Below, piece by piece: positions 52,467 through 63,211 of a DNA stretch of 64,000 nt; the stretch's first letter is position 1, and the number at the start of each line of letters is the position of its first letter. Below the pieces are notes generated by a model. That model saw nothing but the letters and a program-made list of their open reading frames with translations. It was not told the DNA's origin and ran no database searches. The stretch comes from Leptolyngbyaceae cyanobacterium (GTDB lineage: Bacteria > Cyanobacteriota > Cyanobacteriia > Phormidesmidales > Phormidesmidaceae): positions 1-64,000 of the forward strand of contig JBHJHA010000026.1 of assembly GCA_050331235.1 (NCBI GenBank), read 5' to 3'. A program made the position numbers and the translations under genes.

Positions 52467-52741
52467 ACCGCACAGATTGATCGATAGAAGACGGTCACGA
52501 CATCAAACTCTGAGTTGACCAGCCGAAAAGCACCTCTAAGCCGAAAGACAGTACAAGCAATACGCATATACTATCGGATTGTGGCGTGATGCTCGCAGAG
52601 GCTGTGAATTACGCGAGGGCGTAAACCTTACTCAAATGGCTGAAATGTTAGCAGCATTCTGCAGAAAAGAGCCCCATTTCATCAAGCTTTTGTATTAAGT
52701 TCCTCGTATTGTAGTGACGAATTCAAAAGTTGCTAGGTTTT

Positions 52742-53101
52742 TCACGGTAGGCGATCGCCCAGTTTACTAATCCCAGGCAACCTGACCGAGCTCCCCTGCA
52801 ACAAGCGCACCATCAGCCCCAGATTGGTGATGAAATATCCTGTAGTCGCCAATAAGCCAGTGATGAGCAAACGTGTGGAGACCACATCTGCGGCCTGGCT
52901 ACCCGCCACCGTCAACACATACACCATCACCCAGGCCAATGCCAGCGTCACGGCGGTTTTGCTGACGGTAGATTCTCTGGGGGAGCCTTGCTTGAGATAC
53001 AAGCTCCACAATGCTGGAAAGAAGCCAAAAATGGGAACCAAATAAATCACCAATTTGAGCGTTTCTAACTTGGTTTCAGTTGAGGAAGATCGGGAACGCA
53101 T
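52742..53101 (-). CDS. Small multi-TM hypothetical membrane protein
   Basis: IYLVPIFGFFPALWSLY; three hydrophobic segments; C-terminal VRLPGIS; start uncertain. Confidence 0.7.
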   Translation of the reverse strand: MRSRSSSTETKLETLKLVIYLVPIFGFFPALWSLYLKQGSPRESTVSKTAVTLALAWVMVYVLTVAGSQAADVVSTRLLITGLLATTGYFITNLGLMVRLLQGSSVRLPGISKLGDRLP

Positions 53102-53250
53102 TGGCAATATCCACTCACAGTCTCCATTAAAACGATGTATCAGCCCCTCAGTCTCCGTAAGCTCCATCAGGGTCAGGAGTCGGCTTGCTCTGGCGCCGCT
53201 CATCAATCGCTAGACTAGATGAGTCTAAGGGTCGCGACAAAAGTCTCTGA

Positions 53251-54609
53251 TCAATCGGTTGCGGCTGCAACCTGGCGCTTAATCAGTTCAAATATAGCCC
53301 GCATACCCATGACCTCTCCGCCCTCAGGGCGTCCTGGTAGATTGCGCAAGTTCCAAGCCATCACGTCAATGTGAATCCAAGGGACATCAGGGCCAACAAA
53401 CTCCTGTAAAAACAGTGCCGCAGTAATCGCACCACCATAAGAACCACTAGAAACATTAGACATATCCGCGACCTTGCTATTCAAGAGATCTCTGTAGGGA
53501 GCATGGAGCGGCAAATTCCATAAGGGATCAGTCGCTGCCGTCATCGCAGTCTCCATAGGCTCTAGATAGCTCGGGTCATTGCAAAAGAAAGCTGGCAGTT
53601 CTGTACCCAAGGCCACCCGAGCGGCTCCCGTCAACGTAGCAAAATCGATGATCAGTTCGGGGTGTTCTTGGCTGGCCTCCCAAAGCGCATCGGCGAGAAC
53701 CAACCGCCCCTCAGCATCGGTATTGCCCACTTCGACTGTGGTGCCTTTACGAGAAGTGAGTACGTCCAGGGGACGCATGGCATTTCCCGCCACGCTGTTT
53801 TCCACAGCAGGAATCAGCGCGCGCAAAAAGACGGGCAAATTGAGTTTCATGATTAGAGTCGCCAGCCCCAATGCGTGAGCGGCCCCACCCATATCTTTTT
53901 TCATCATCAACATGCCCTTGGCAGGTTTAAGGTCGAGGCCACCGGAGTCAAAGCAGACGCCCTTGCCTACCAACGTCACTTTGGGCGCATCAACATCACC
54001 CCACCGCAAGTCGATGAGCCGTGGGGCCGAGGTGCTGGCTTGACCCACGGCATAGATCATAGGGTAGTTTTCTGACTCCAGATGCTTCCCCTTGATCACA
54101 GTTAAATCGGCGTCATAGGTCACTGATAAGATGCGAGCCGCCTCTTCTAAGTCTTGCGGTCCCATATGGTTGGCGGGTGTGTTGATCAGGTCACGGGCCA
54201 AAAATGTAGCTTCCACAACCGCTTCGATATACTCGCTGTCGGCAATCTCGGGAACTATGAGCTCAGCGATCGCGATCGACTGCTTTTGCTTGTATCGGTT
54301 GAATTGGTATTGACCCAGCCGCCACCCCAAAATCAAAGCAGTTGCCTCCTGGGCCGTCAGGTCGCTAGCTAACTCATAACGACCGGGGGGCAGTGCCTGG
54401 GATAGACCTCCCAGCAGCCACATATCTAAAGCTTCAGAACGTCCCACTAAAACCTGGGCAATCGACTGATCGGCTCCAGGTAGCAAACAGAAACTGCCCG
54501 GATCGCCCTTAAACTGCATGGCCTCAATCCAGTTTTGCGCAGCTGCAAAGTCGGTTGACAATTGATCAGCGGTAACCAGCAAAATTGGAATCGGCGTATT
54601 GGATGACAT
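53251..54609 (-). CDS. Leucyl aminopeptidase family (M17)
   Basis: VGKGVCFDSGG, MKKDMGGAA, NTDAEGRLVLADA, ATLTGA. Confidence 0.95.
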   Translation of the reverse strand: MSSNTPIPILLVTADQLSTDFAAAQNWIEAMQFKGDPGSFCLLPGADQSIAQVLVGRSEALDMWLLGGLSQALPPGRYELASDLTAQEATALILGWRLGQYQFNRYKQKQSIAIAELIVPEIADSEYIEAVVEATFLARDLINTPANHMGPQDLEEAARILSVTYDADLTVIKGKHLESENYPMIYAVGQASTSAPRLIDLRWGDVDAPKVTLVGKGVCFDSGGLDLKPAKGMLMMKKDMGGAAHALGLATLIMKLNLPVFLRALIPAVENSVAGNAMRPLDVLTSRKGTTVEVGNTDAEGRLVLADALWEASQEHPELIIDFATLTGAARVALGTELPAFFCNDPSYLEPMETAMTAATDPLWNLPLHAPYRDLLNSKVADMSNVSSGSYGGAITAALFLQEFVGPDVPWIHIDVMAWNLRNLPGRPEGGEVMGMRAIFELIKRQVAAATD

Positions 54610-55163
54610 TGATCTCGCAAGCTCAAAGAAAGCAACTCAGCAGCCTTTCCTCTCTCTCGGCACGGAAAAGGGTTGACAAACTCGCATCAGCTAGCCAGCT
54701 GACAAGTATCGTCGGTCAACCTCAGCACAATATGATGAAAAGCTGCCGTGGCTAGTCTATCGCTTTTGTAAAATCCAAGCCGCCCATGATAAGCAACAGT
54801 CCATTTCACTTAATGCTGCTGCTGGCTCACTCTTCCGCGCCACGTCAATTACGGATAGGGTTAGGGCTACTCAAACAACGGCTGGTAGAAGTGCACGATG
54901 GCTGCGCTACGTTGCAAAACATCGACATTCTGTTTCGCGGCACTTCTGAGGAAATCTCGAATTGCGAATGCGCTTAGCAAGCTTTCTCTGACCTCCCGTA
55001 AAGTCGGTAGGCGGGAAATCACGGTCATCTTGGCCAGGAAATAGTTATCCAGCAGTCTATCTTGATGGGTTGCTAACCATCAAAACCGGCTTGATGTGGT
55101 CTCGCCGGTTTGAGCAGATTTGTTATCCACCGTCATATTTCCGCTCTTCCCTTCCTGAGCAAC

Positions 55164-55193
55164 AAAAAACCCCCAGCCTAATGACCAGGGGTC
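55164..55193 (-). terminator. Rho-independent terminator downstream of the PPC/TPR gene
   Basis: Minus strand reads GACCCCTGGTC-ATTA-GGCTGGGGG-TTTTTT. Confidence 0.65.
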
Positions 55194-55321
55194 TGAAATC
55201 AGGGTGCATCTACCATTCCTGTTTACTGAAAGCTCAGCCACAATCCGGATAAAACGGCTAGCTTTACATTCGCAGAGCTCTGATTTTGTAGAGCTCTGAT
55301 GAAGTCATTGCTTGCTAGGGT

Positions 55322-56065
55322 CTATTCCCGTGGGCCGCCACCCGATGGTCCGGGAAACTCGCCGGTTTCCAGATATTGAATTTGCTCTCTCAAGGACTCT
55401 GCAGTAAATGGATCGCCATTCGCTTCGTAGAGCTCTGCGGCTGATTGAAAGTCAGCGACGATCGCCTCTCTTGCCTCCGATGTCAAATCCATAGGATCTT
55501 CTAAAATCTCACCTTGGGCCTCTAGCTCGCTCTGGGCGCGGCCAAAGTAGGCATCGGCTCGGCCCAAATACGCCTCTGGCATTGAGGAGTCAAGCTCAAT
55601 CGCCTCAGTGTAAGCCGCGATCGCCGCCTCATAGTCCTGAGCCTCAACACTCGCCTGAGCCTCGCTGAAAGCAACCTCATAATCCGTTGCGGGACGCACT
55701 TGAATGTTAAAGTCGCCCCCCTCACCATCAAATGATTTCGAGATGATCGTGTATTCACCACTTTCTGCGGCTGTGTAAACGATTTGAGAGTTGAGCGTTC
55801 CCCCAAAGTCATCATTAAAGGCGACTTCCTCGCCGCTAGGTCCCAGTAGCGTCAGTACCGTATCAAAGTCTTCACTCGTCATTGTGATGGCAACGACATC
55901 TCCGGCTTCCATCGTCACCGTGTATTCTTCGAGGGCAGGCTCAATTGACCCTTGCTCTTCAAGAATTGTTTGAGCGTTGGCATGGTTGGCTGCGACTAGA
56001 CCGCTCCCCGAAATCGTGAGGACTGCCGCCAAAAGCCCCACAGTTCTTGAAAATACATGCTTCAT
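55322..56065 (-). CDS. Secreted PPC (pre-peptidase C-terminal) domain + TPR protein
   Basis: Signal peptide ending ANA-Q; SEDFDTVLTLLGPSG...NDD..GTLNS; YTEAIELD...AYLGRA TPR. Confidence 0.85.
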   Translation of the reverse strand: MKHVFSRTVGLLAAVLTISGSGLVAANHANAQTILEEQGSIEPALEEYTVTMEAGDVVAITMTSEDFDTVLTLLGPSGEEVAFNDDFGGTLNSQIVYTAAESGEYTIISKSFDGEGGDFNIQVRPATDYEVAFSEAQASVEAQDYEAAIAAYTEAIELDSSMPEAYLGRADAYFGRAQSELEAQGEILEDPMDLTSEAREAIVADFQSAAELYEANGDPFTAESLREQIQYLETGEFPGPSGGGPRE

Positions 56066-56496
56066 AGGAAATTCCTTGTCTCACCACAGCTAGAGTAGCG
56101 ACTATTTCATTAAACGGTCCCAACCATTATGCCGATTGTCTAAGCCATACATGTAGCTTTGTCCCGATCGCGATCGCCTTCGATGGCTCACACTGTCATT
56201 GCTCAGTTGATTAGCCCGGGTCATGACCTCGCACTAGAGCCTTTAATCAAGACGCACCAACCATCTAGCAGCGATTGACAGAGCGTTCTGAGTCCGAATT
56301 CCAATCGTTCAATCTGCCGCCACGTGCCAATCGGCACCCTAGGCTCCAAAAATACGAGTCTCGATAATCTGGCTTGTGGCCTACTATGTGGAGCGCTGAC
56401 CCATGTCCCCAATCTAAACCTTAAGCTGCATTGAGAATTTCACGCGACCCAGTATTGTAAAAGCATCTCACCCAGCGATCGCAAATCATTCACAGC

Positions 56497-56796
56497 ATGA
56501 AGTCTGCGCAATATCTCCTACTACTCTCAGCAGGACTCGGAATTCTCAACATAGCTCGCCCCTCTCATGCCCTTCCTCCTCCCGAAGAGGTTCCCGAAGA
56601 GAAGCTGCGAACAGAGATTATCTTAGAAGCGCGATCGCCACTCACAGGAGCACCCATAACCGTCGCTGAATACGAACAACTGCAGAGTGAGCTAGCCCAA
56701 TCGCCACCGCCCACCCTCTCACCTCAAATCCGTGAGATCATTCTTTTATTGCAAGTTCGGAGAGTACTAAAACCAATAATTCCAATCCTGCCCTAA
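56497..56796 (+). CDS. Small secreted cyanobacterial hypothetical protein
   Basis: Signal peptide then ALPPPEEVPEE.LRTEII.EARSP..G.P.T.AEY. Confidence 0.75.
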   Translation: MKSAQYLLLLSAGLGILNIARPSHALPPPEEVPEEKLRTEIILEARSPLTGAPITVAEYEQLQSELAQSPPPTLSPQIREIILLLQVRRVLKPIIPILP

Positions 56797-56948
56797 GCGA
56801 TCGGCTTCGCAGCATCTCATCGCCCTGGATTGTCATCATCGTTGCGAAGTTTTGTTAATCTGTTTCCCGTAGATGAAAAAGCCTCAGGATGTCTAATCAT
56901 CCAGTCCCCAGACACCTCTGACAGTAAGTTCATACATCAAGGATTTTT

Positions 56949-59258
56949 ATGGCTGTTACGGTTGCCCCCGAGCAAATTGACCGCATTATCTGGAATCAGC
57001 ACCATAACCCCTTTGAGGTATTGGGCCCTCACATGATTCAGCAAGATGGGGAAACGGTATGGGCAATCAGGGCCTACTTACCGACGGCAAACAAAGCTTG
57101 GGTCGTGTTGCCCGAAAGCCGTAGCGAACACGTCATGGAGAGCAGCCACAATCCGCATTTTTTTGAATGCGTTCTTAAAACCCCAGACCTCAGCAATTAT
57201 CAACTGAAATATCAGGAAGGCGAGCATGAGCGGTTTGTGTACGATCCCTATGCCTTCAAAACTCGCCGCCTCACCGATTTTGACATTCACCTATTTGCTG
57301 AAGGCAACCATCACCGCATTTACGAAAAGCTTGGGGCCCACGCCACAGAAATCGATGGCATATCGGGAGTTTACTTTGCTATCTGGGCACCAGGTGCCCG
57401 TAATGTCTCAGTCTTAGGGGACTTTAATTACTGGGATGGCCGTAAGCATCAGATGCGGCTCACCGGCAACGGTATTTGGGAGCTCTTCATTCCAGAAATT
57501 GGTGTTGGTGAGCATTACAAATTTGAAATCAAAAATCCCCACGGGCACATTTACGAGAAGTCGGATCCCTACGGCTTCCAGCAGGAAGTGAGACCCAAAA
57601 CCGCTTCCATCGTGACAGACCTAGATACCTATAAATGTAAATGGCAAGATGCCGACTGGATGGAGCAGCGACGTCGGCAGGATCCGCTAAGCAAGCCAGT
57701 TTCTGTGTATGAAGTCCACCTCGGCTCCTGGTTACATGCCTCCTCAGCGGAGCCAGCGCAGCTGCCGGACGGTACTATCGAACCCGCCATCTCAGTCGCT
57801 GACCTTAAGCCTGGAGCAAGGTTCCTAACCTACCGAGAGTTGGCGGCAAAGCTCATTCCCTATGTCAAAGAGTTAGGGTTCACCCATATAGAACTTTTGC
57901 CTATCGCCGAACATCCTTTTGATGGGTCTTGGGGGTATCAAGTAACGGGCTACTACGCCGCGACCTCGCGCTACGGCACTCCCGAAGATTTCATGTATTT
58001 CGTCGATCAGTGTCACCAAGCTGGCATTGGCGTATTAATCGACTGGGTGCCTGGACACTTTCCCAAAGACGGTCACGGACTCGCATTTTTTGATGGTACT
58101 CATCTATACGAGCATGCTGATCCGCGTCAGGGTGAACATAAAGAATGGGGCACGCTGGTCTTTAATTATGGCCGCAATGAAGTGCGCAATTTTCTTGTTG
58201 CCAATGCGTTGTTCTGGTTTGACAAATATCACATTGATGGCATGCGCGTCGATGCTGTCGCATCGATGCTTTATCTGGACTATCTCAGAGAACCCGGGCA
58301 GTGGGTTGCTAACCAATATGGGGGGCGCGAAAACATTGAAGCCGCAGACTTTTTACGTCAGGTTAACCATGTCGTCTTCAGTTATTTTCCAGGGGTGCTC
58401 TCTATTGCAGAAGAATCAACCTCCTGGCCAATGGTGTCCTGGCCGACCTACGTAGGGGGATTAGGATTCAACCTCAAATGGAATATGGGCTGGATGCATG
58501 ACATGTTGGATTATTTTCACATGGATCCCTGGTTTCGCCAGTTCCACCAAAACAACATTACCTTTAGCATTTGGTACGCCTTTAGCGAAAACTTTATGCT
58601 GGCCCTCTCCCACGATGAGGTCGTCCACGGCAAAAGCAACATGTTAGGCAAGATGCCCGGTGATGAGTGGCAAAAGTTTGCCAATCTCCGATGCCTGCAA
58701 ACCTACATGTATCTTCACCCTGGCAAAAAGACGCTCTTCATGAGCATGGAATTTGGCCAGTGGAGTGAGTGGAACGTGTGGGGCGACTTAGAGTGGCATT
58801 TGCTGCAATATGAGCCGCACCAAAAGCATCACAACTTTATGTCTAAACTAAATGCTTTTTATCAGAGCGAGCCAGCTCTCTATACCCAGGACTTTGACCA
58901 AGCCGGCTTTGAATGGGTTGATTGTAACGATAATCGTCATAGTGTCGCTTCGTTCATTCGTCGAGATCGCGACAGCAATGACTTTATCGTGGCTGTCTGC
59001 AACTTCACCCCACAGCCCCATAGTCATTACCGCGTAGGCGTAAGCGAAAGCGGCTTTTATCGCGAACTCTTTAACAGTGATGCCCGAGAATTTGGGGGTA
59101 GTAACATGGGCAACCTAGGCGGCAAATGGACAGATGATTGGGCTTATCACAATCAACCCTATTCCATTGATGTGACCCTGCCCCCCTTGGCAGTTGTAGC
59201 TTTCAAACTTGATCGCGAGTACACCGAGGGCATCCGCTCTGGCAAGATCATGCCGTAA
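56949..59258 (+). CDS. glgB: 1,4-alpha-glucan branching enzyme
   Basis: [47 protein letters not shown]. Confidence 0.98.
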   Translation: MAVTVAPEQIDRIIWNQHHNPFEVLGPHMIQQDGETVWAIRAYLPTANKAWVVLPESRSEHVMESSHNPHFFECVLKTPDLSNYQLKYQEGEHERFVYDPYAFKTRRLTDFDIHLFAEGNHHRIYEKLGAHATEIDGISGVYFAIWAPGARNVSVLGDFNYWDGRKHQMRLTGNGIWELFIPEIGVGEHYKFEIKNPHGHIYEKSDPYGFQQEVRPKTASIVTDLDTYKCKWQDADWMEQRRRQDPLSKPVSVYEVHLGSWLHASSAEPAQLPDGTIEPAISVADLKPGARFLTYRELAAKLIPYVKELGFTHIELLPIAEHPFDGSWGYQVTGYYAATSRYGTPEDFMYFVDQCHQAGIGVLIDWVPGHFPKDGHGLAFFDGTHLYEHADPRQGEHKEWGTLVFNYGRNEVRNFLVANALFWFDKYHIDGMRVDAVASMLYLDYLREPGQWVANQYGGRENIEAADFLRQVNHVVFSYFPGVLSIAEESTSWPMVSWPTYVGGLGFNLKWNMGWMHDMLDYFHMDPWFRQFHQNNITFSIWYAFSENFMLALSHDEVVHGKSNMLGKMPGDEWQKFANLRCLQTYMYLHPGKKTLFMSMEFGQWSEWNVWGDLEWHLLQYEPHQKHHNFMSKLNAFYQSEPALYTQDFDQAGFEWVDCNDNRHSVASFIRRDRDSNDFIVAVCNFTPQPHSHYRVGVSESGFYRELFNSDAREFGGSNMGNLGGKWTDDWAYHNQPYSIDVTLPPLAVVAFKLDREYTEGIRSGKIMP

Positions 59259-60059
59259 GTGAACAAACAGCCAACTCATTTCATCACCGATAGCCCTTTA
59301 ACGATTTTTGTAAGATGCTGACTTCAAATGGGAGGGCGATCGCTGAGCAAAATACAAAAGCTAAGAACGCCTGATTGGAACACCGCTGAATCATCTGAGT
59401 TGTTTCAAGCTGTACGGTCTATCCATCAAGCCACTAATGTGCTCGGTCAAAACTTTCACTCTGGGCGGTTTTTGGCATCAGCGCCGACAACTCGGAGTCG
59501 TTTTTTTATTAATGTTTTAGGTCAGGTTAAAAGCTGGCTAAAGCGATCGACCTCAGCTATGAGCCTTTCAGTTGGCAAGGATAATGCAAATGCCTTCGTG
59601 GTCCCGTTATGTATCTGTGGTATTAGGCACCACATGAGCACCAGCAAACGTTGACCACCGCTGATCGGTACTTCGCATAAACCCCCTCTAAGTTAAGTAT
59701 CGAATGCGACAAGCGAGGCTGGACTTGTTGTATCAGTGAATTGCCCAAGAGCTGGAAAAGTACCGTAAATAAAGAGTTTCAGGGGTCCTTTAAAGAATCT
59801 CTTCATACACTCTTTAAATATTCTTCGGTATTTATTGATGCATTCTCAATCAAACTCTTTTGCCAGTTTTTGACTTTTCCCCGTGGGTTCCCTGTGTTCG
59901 TTCAACCGGTAACAGGGCTTTAATGGTGAATGTAAGCCTCAGACGTAGATACCCCTAAATTTGAGGCCTTAAAGACTCAATCGTTTTTGATGTGCTTTTC
60001 CCCCCGGCCCCTCACTGAAATCGAACAGTTTTTTGCAACAGCTAATCAGGTGCAGAATC

Positions 60060-60251
60060 ATGAAATCGTTACTTATCCAACTGCTCGTCCTACCGCGCGG
60101 ACTACTCTTTCTAGGAGTTTTCTGTAGCGCCAGTCTTATGCTGTTAACACTGCCAGTAGAAACTTTGGCTGACGGAGGCGGTGATGAGTTTCCAGGACAG
60201 CGACGAGGTGGCGGAACACATGTTGTAGCGCCGTTGTCAGAAACACCATAG
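60060..60251 (+). CDS. 63-aa secreted mini-protein with FPGQRRGGGTH motif
   Basis: Signal-peptide-like 37-aa N-terminus ending TLA; short polar Gly/Arg mature part. Confidence 0.65.
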   Translation: MKSLLIQLLVLPRGLLFLGVFCSASLMLLTLPVETLADGGGDEFPGQRRGGGTHVVAPLSETP

Positions 60252-60465
60252 TCTCTTCCCCCTTCAGTGACAGATGTTTCCGGATGAAATGTCTGCCATT
60301 GAATACATCGGGTAGGAGAATCTGATCCCGTATTGCGGTTTAATCTGCCAGCGCACCAAACATTGTCTGTATTCTGCATTGACCCGGAATCAGGGCTGCC
60401 ACGCCAGTATTTATAATGAGTAGCCCCTAATTTCATTCGTTATCGCGGGAATACTGACTCATAAT

Positions 60466-63012
60466 GTGGCTTATATGGTGCGATCACTACTGGAAATCCC
60501 CAATCGTCTCAAACCGTTTATCAACGGAGTGTCACAGTCAATGCCCTTCAGCGGCCGCTCAATCATCGTTGCGACCTTAGTGGCAACGACACTGATTACC
60601 GGGGCGAAAAAGCTGGGCGGCCTCCAGCGGTTTGAGTTATTTATTTTTGACTCCTTGGTTAGGCTCAAAGCAGATGAGAGCCAAGATCCTCGTCTTGTTA
60701 TCGTTGGCATCACGGAGAGAGATATTCAGCTATATGGTCATCCGCTCTCAGATGCAAAAGTTGCCGACATCTTAGGCATTATTCAGCAGCATGACCCCGA
60801 AGTCGTCGGGTTAGATATTTATCGGAAGACCGAGCATCCGCCAGGCCACGCTGCACTCCAGCGACAGCTCAAAGCGGCAAACTTGATTGCGATTACCAAT
60901 GTAGGCACAGACGCTGCGATAGATCAGGTTCCCCCACCCGATGAAGTTCCTTGGCAGCGCATTGGTTTTAATGATTTAAGTATTGATCCAGATGGAGTCA
61001 TTCGCCGTGGATTGTTATTTGTCAATGCCCCTGAGCGGCCATATTATTCATTTGCGCTGCGGTCGACGCTGGCCTACTTGCCGCCGGACGACACTTCTTT
61101 TACCCATGATGAGAATGCGTTGTATATCAATGGTCATGCCATTCCGCGCCTCGCTGCAGAGTCAGGTGGATATGATCATGCGGACAATCGCGGCTTTCAA
61201 ACATTGCTCCGATTTCGCTCTCAAAGCGCGCCGGCCAAAGTCCTCTCAGTTCAAGATGTTCTAGAGGGCCGGTTCAGCGAAACTCAATTTGAAGATAAGA
61301 TTGTTCTCATCGGTTCTGTTGCACCTAGTCTGAAGGATGAATTCTTCACGCCTTACAGTGCTAATCGTGAGAATCAATTCAAAATGGCAGGGGTTGTTGT
61401 CCATGCCCAAATTATTAGTCAACTGCTCGATATTGCCGAGGGACGAGCCGCACAGTATACCTTTTTGCCGCCAATAGGAGAGCTCTTGTGGTTGGCTGCA
61501 TGGGCTGGGTTGACAAGCGTATTGACATGGAAAATTCGGCGACCAGAGATGCTGATTGTGGCCGGAATAGTCTTATCTTCCTGCTTGCTAGGGCTAGGGT
61601 GGATTGCCCTTTCAGAACTGATTTGGTTACCAATTTTTGAGCCTATCGTTGGCATTGTTGCGACCGGTGCTTTGGTCATTGCCCAGAAACTAATTTATAG
61701 AACAACCTATGACAGTCTTACTGACTTGCCGGGCCGAGAAGTTTTTCTACTGGATATTCAACGCGCACTCAATAACCAAAAAACAAATCCGGTAATTGTC
61801 GCCTTTTTAGATATTGACCGGTTTCAAATTATCAACAAAAGCTTAGGACATTTTGCCGGCGATCGCGTACTCATCGAAATTGCGAAACGTCTTCGCAAGA
61901 TGCTTGGCGAGCGAGGACAAGTTGCGCGTATCGGCGGCGACGAGTTTGCTGTGTTGTTTTACAATATCTCCCAAGCTGAAGTTAAAACATCCCTAGATAC
62001 AATGCGATCGCTTCTTTCCAGTCCCTTGATGCTGGGTAGACATCGACTTTCGATTACAGCCAGCGTCGGACTAGCGATTTCGCAGGCTAATTATGGGCAA
62101 TTTCCCGAAGAACTTTTGCGCGATGCCCACACTGCGATGTATCGAGCAAAGGCATTGAAAGAAGTGCAGTTTCAAGTGTTTTCAAATGATATGAGGGAGG
62201 AAGCAATTGCTCGTCTTGATCTAGAAAGTGATTTGATCAAGGCTTTAGAAGATAAAGAGTTTTCACTCTTTTATCAGCCCATCGTCAATCTAAAAACAGG
62301 TAAAATCTCTGGTTTTGAAGCCTTGATTCGCTGGAATCAAGAAAAAAGAGGGTTGATTTCTCCCGATGATTTTATTCCAGTAGTTGAAGAAACAGGAATG
62401 ATTATTCCACTAGGTGAATGGATTCTCAAAACTGCCTGCAACCAAATCAAAGATTGGCATCAGCAGTTCCCGGATCTATCGCTCAAGATGAATGTCAACC
62501 TATCTCGCCGCCAATTTGATCAGACTGATTTAGTGTCACAGGTCGAGGGGATCTTGTCACAAATTGACCTGCCAGGGCGTCACCTTCAACTAGAGATTAC
62601 TGAAAGTATGATCATGAGAAATGTTGAAGCTGCCCACAACCTAATGTTGCAGCTCAAAGACTTGGGTATTCAGTTAGCAATCGATGACTTTGGTACGGGT
62701 TACTCATCGCTTAGCTACTTGCATCGTTTTCCCACCGATACCCTCAAGATTGATCGCTCCTTTGTGAGCAGTATGGAAAATAGTGTGGAAGACCACGACA
62801 TTGTCGAGACAATTATTAGCTTAGGGCAAAAGCTCAGTATGAAGCTAGTCGCAGAGGGGATCGATAGCTATGAACAACTAAAGCTTTTGACGACTGCTGG
62901 ATGTGATTATGGACAAGGATACTTTTTCTCCAAACCAATATCGGCAGAGGAGGCGACTGCGTTTTTAACTCAGAATCAAGCTGAAGTTATGCCTTGTCAG
63001 GTGCATTTATAG
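60466..63012 (+). CDS. CHASE2 - 3TM - GGDEF - EAL c-di-GMP enzyme
   Basis: DPRLVIVGITE.DI, GLDIYR, DPDGVIRR, KIVLIG, GVVVHAQ (CHASE2); GGDEF; EAL and DDFGTGYSSL. Confidence 0.95.
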   Translation: MAYMVRSLLEIPNRLKPFINGVSQSMPFSGRSIIVATLVATTLITGAKKLGGLQRFELFIFDSLVRLKADESQDPRLVIVGITERDIQLYGHPLSDAKVADILGIIQQHDPEVVGLDIYRKTEHPPGHAALQRQLKAANLIAITNVGTDAAIDQVPPPDEVPWQRIGFNDLSIDPDGVIRRGLLFVNAPERPYYSFALRSTLAYLPPDDTSFTHDENALYINGHAIPRLAAESGGYDHADNRGFQTLLRFRSQSAPAKVLSVQDVLEGRFSETQFEDKIVLIGSVAPSLKDEFFTPYSANRENQFKMAGVVVHAQIISQLLDIAEGRAAQYTFLPPIGELLWLAAWAGLTSVLTWKIRRPEMLIVAGIVLSSCLLGLGWIALSELIWLPIFEPIVGIVATGALVIAQKLIYRTTYDSLTDLPGREVFLLDIQRALNNQKTNPVIVAFLDIDRFQIINKSLGHFAGDRVLIEIAKRLRKMLGERGQVARIGGDEFAVLFYNISQAEVKTSLDTMRSLLSSPLMLGRHRLSITASVGLAISQANYGQFPEELLRDAHTAMYRAKALKEVQFQVFSNDMREEAIARLDLESDLIKALEDKEFSLFYQPIVNLKTGKISGFEALIRWNQEKRGLISPDDFIPVVEETGMIIPLGEWILKTACNQIKDWHQQFPDLSLKMNVNLSRRQFDQTDLVSQVEGILSQIDLPGRHLQLEITESMIMRNVEAAHNLMLQLKDLGIQLAIDDFGTGYSSLSYLHRFPTDTLKIDRSFVSSMENSVEDHDIVETIISLGQKLSMKLVAEGIDSYEQLKLLTTAGCDYGQGYFFSKPISAEEATAFLTQNQAEVMPCQVHL

Positions 63013-63098
63013 CCAGCACTTGCGCTTCTACTCACAACACCTTTGAGCATCTCCGGCGGACCTGAGCCACAAATACTAAACCACCCTTGGCGATCGCG

Positions 63099-63118
63099 GG
63101 TAGTATTCTAGACTTGTG
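63099..63118 (+). repeat. Orphan IS1-type terminal repeat
   Basis: GGTAGTATTCTAGACTTGTG is 17/20 identical to the IS end at 63212. Confidence 0.55.
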
Positions 63119-63211
63119 GAGACGATATGATATGGCTTGCCTATTGCATGTGAACAGGTAGTTCGTACAATATAACGGCAGCCGAGTTGGTTGAGATTGA
63201 TGGGAGCTGCC

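Noticed and set aside
59328..59654. 108-aa ORF after glgB
   Set aside because: No motif or RBS; cannot be supported
59969..60436. 155-aa minus-strand ORF
   Set aside because: No protein-like features; antisense to the better-supported secreted mini-protein
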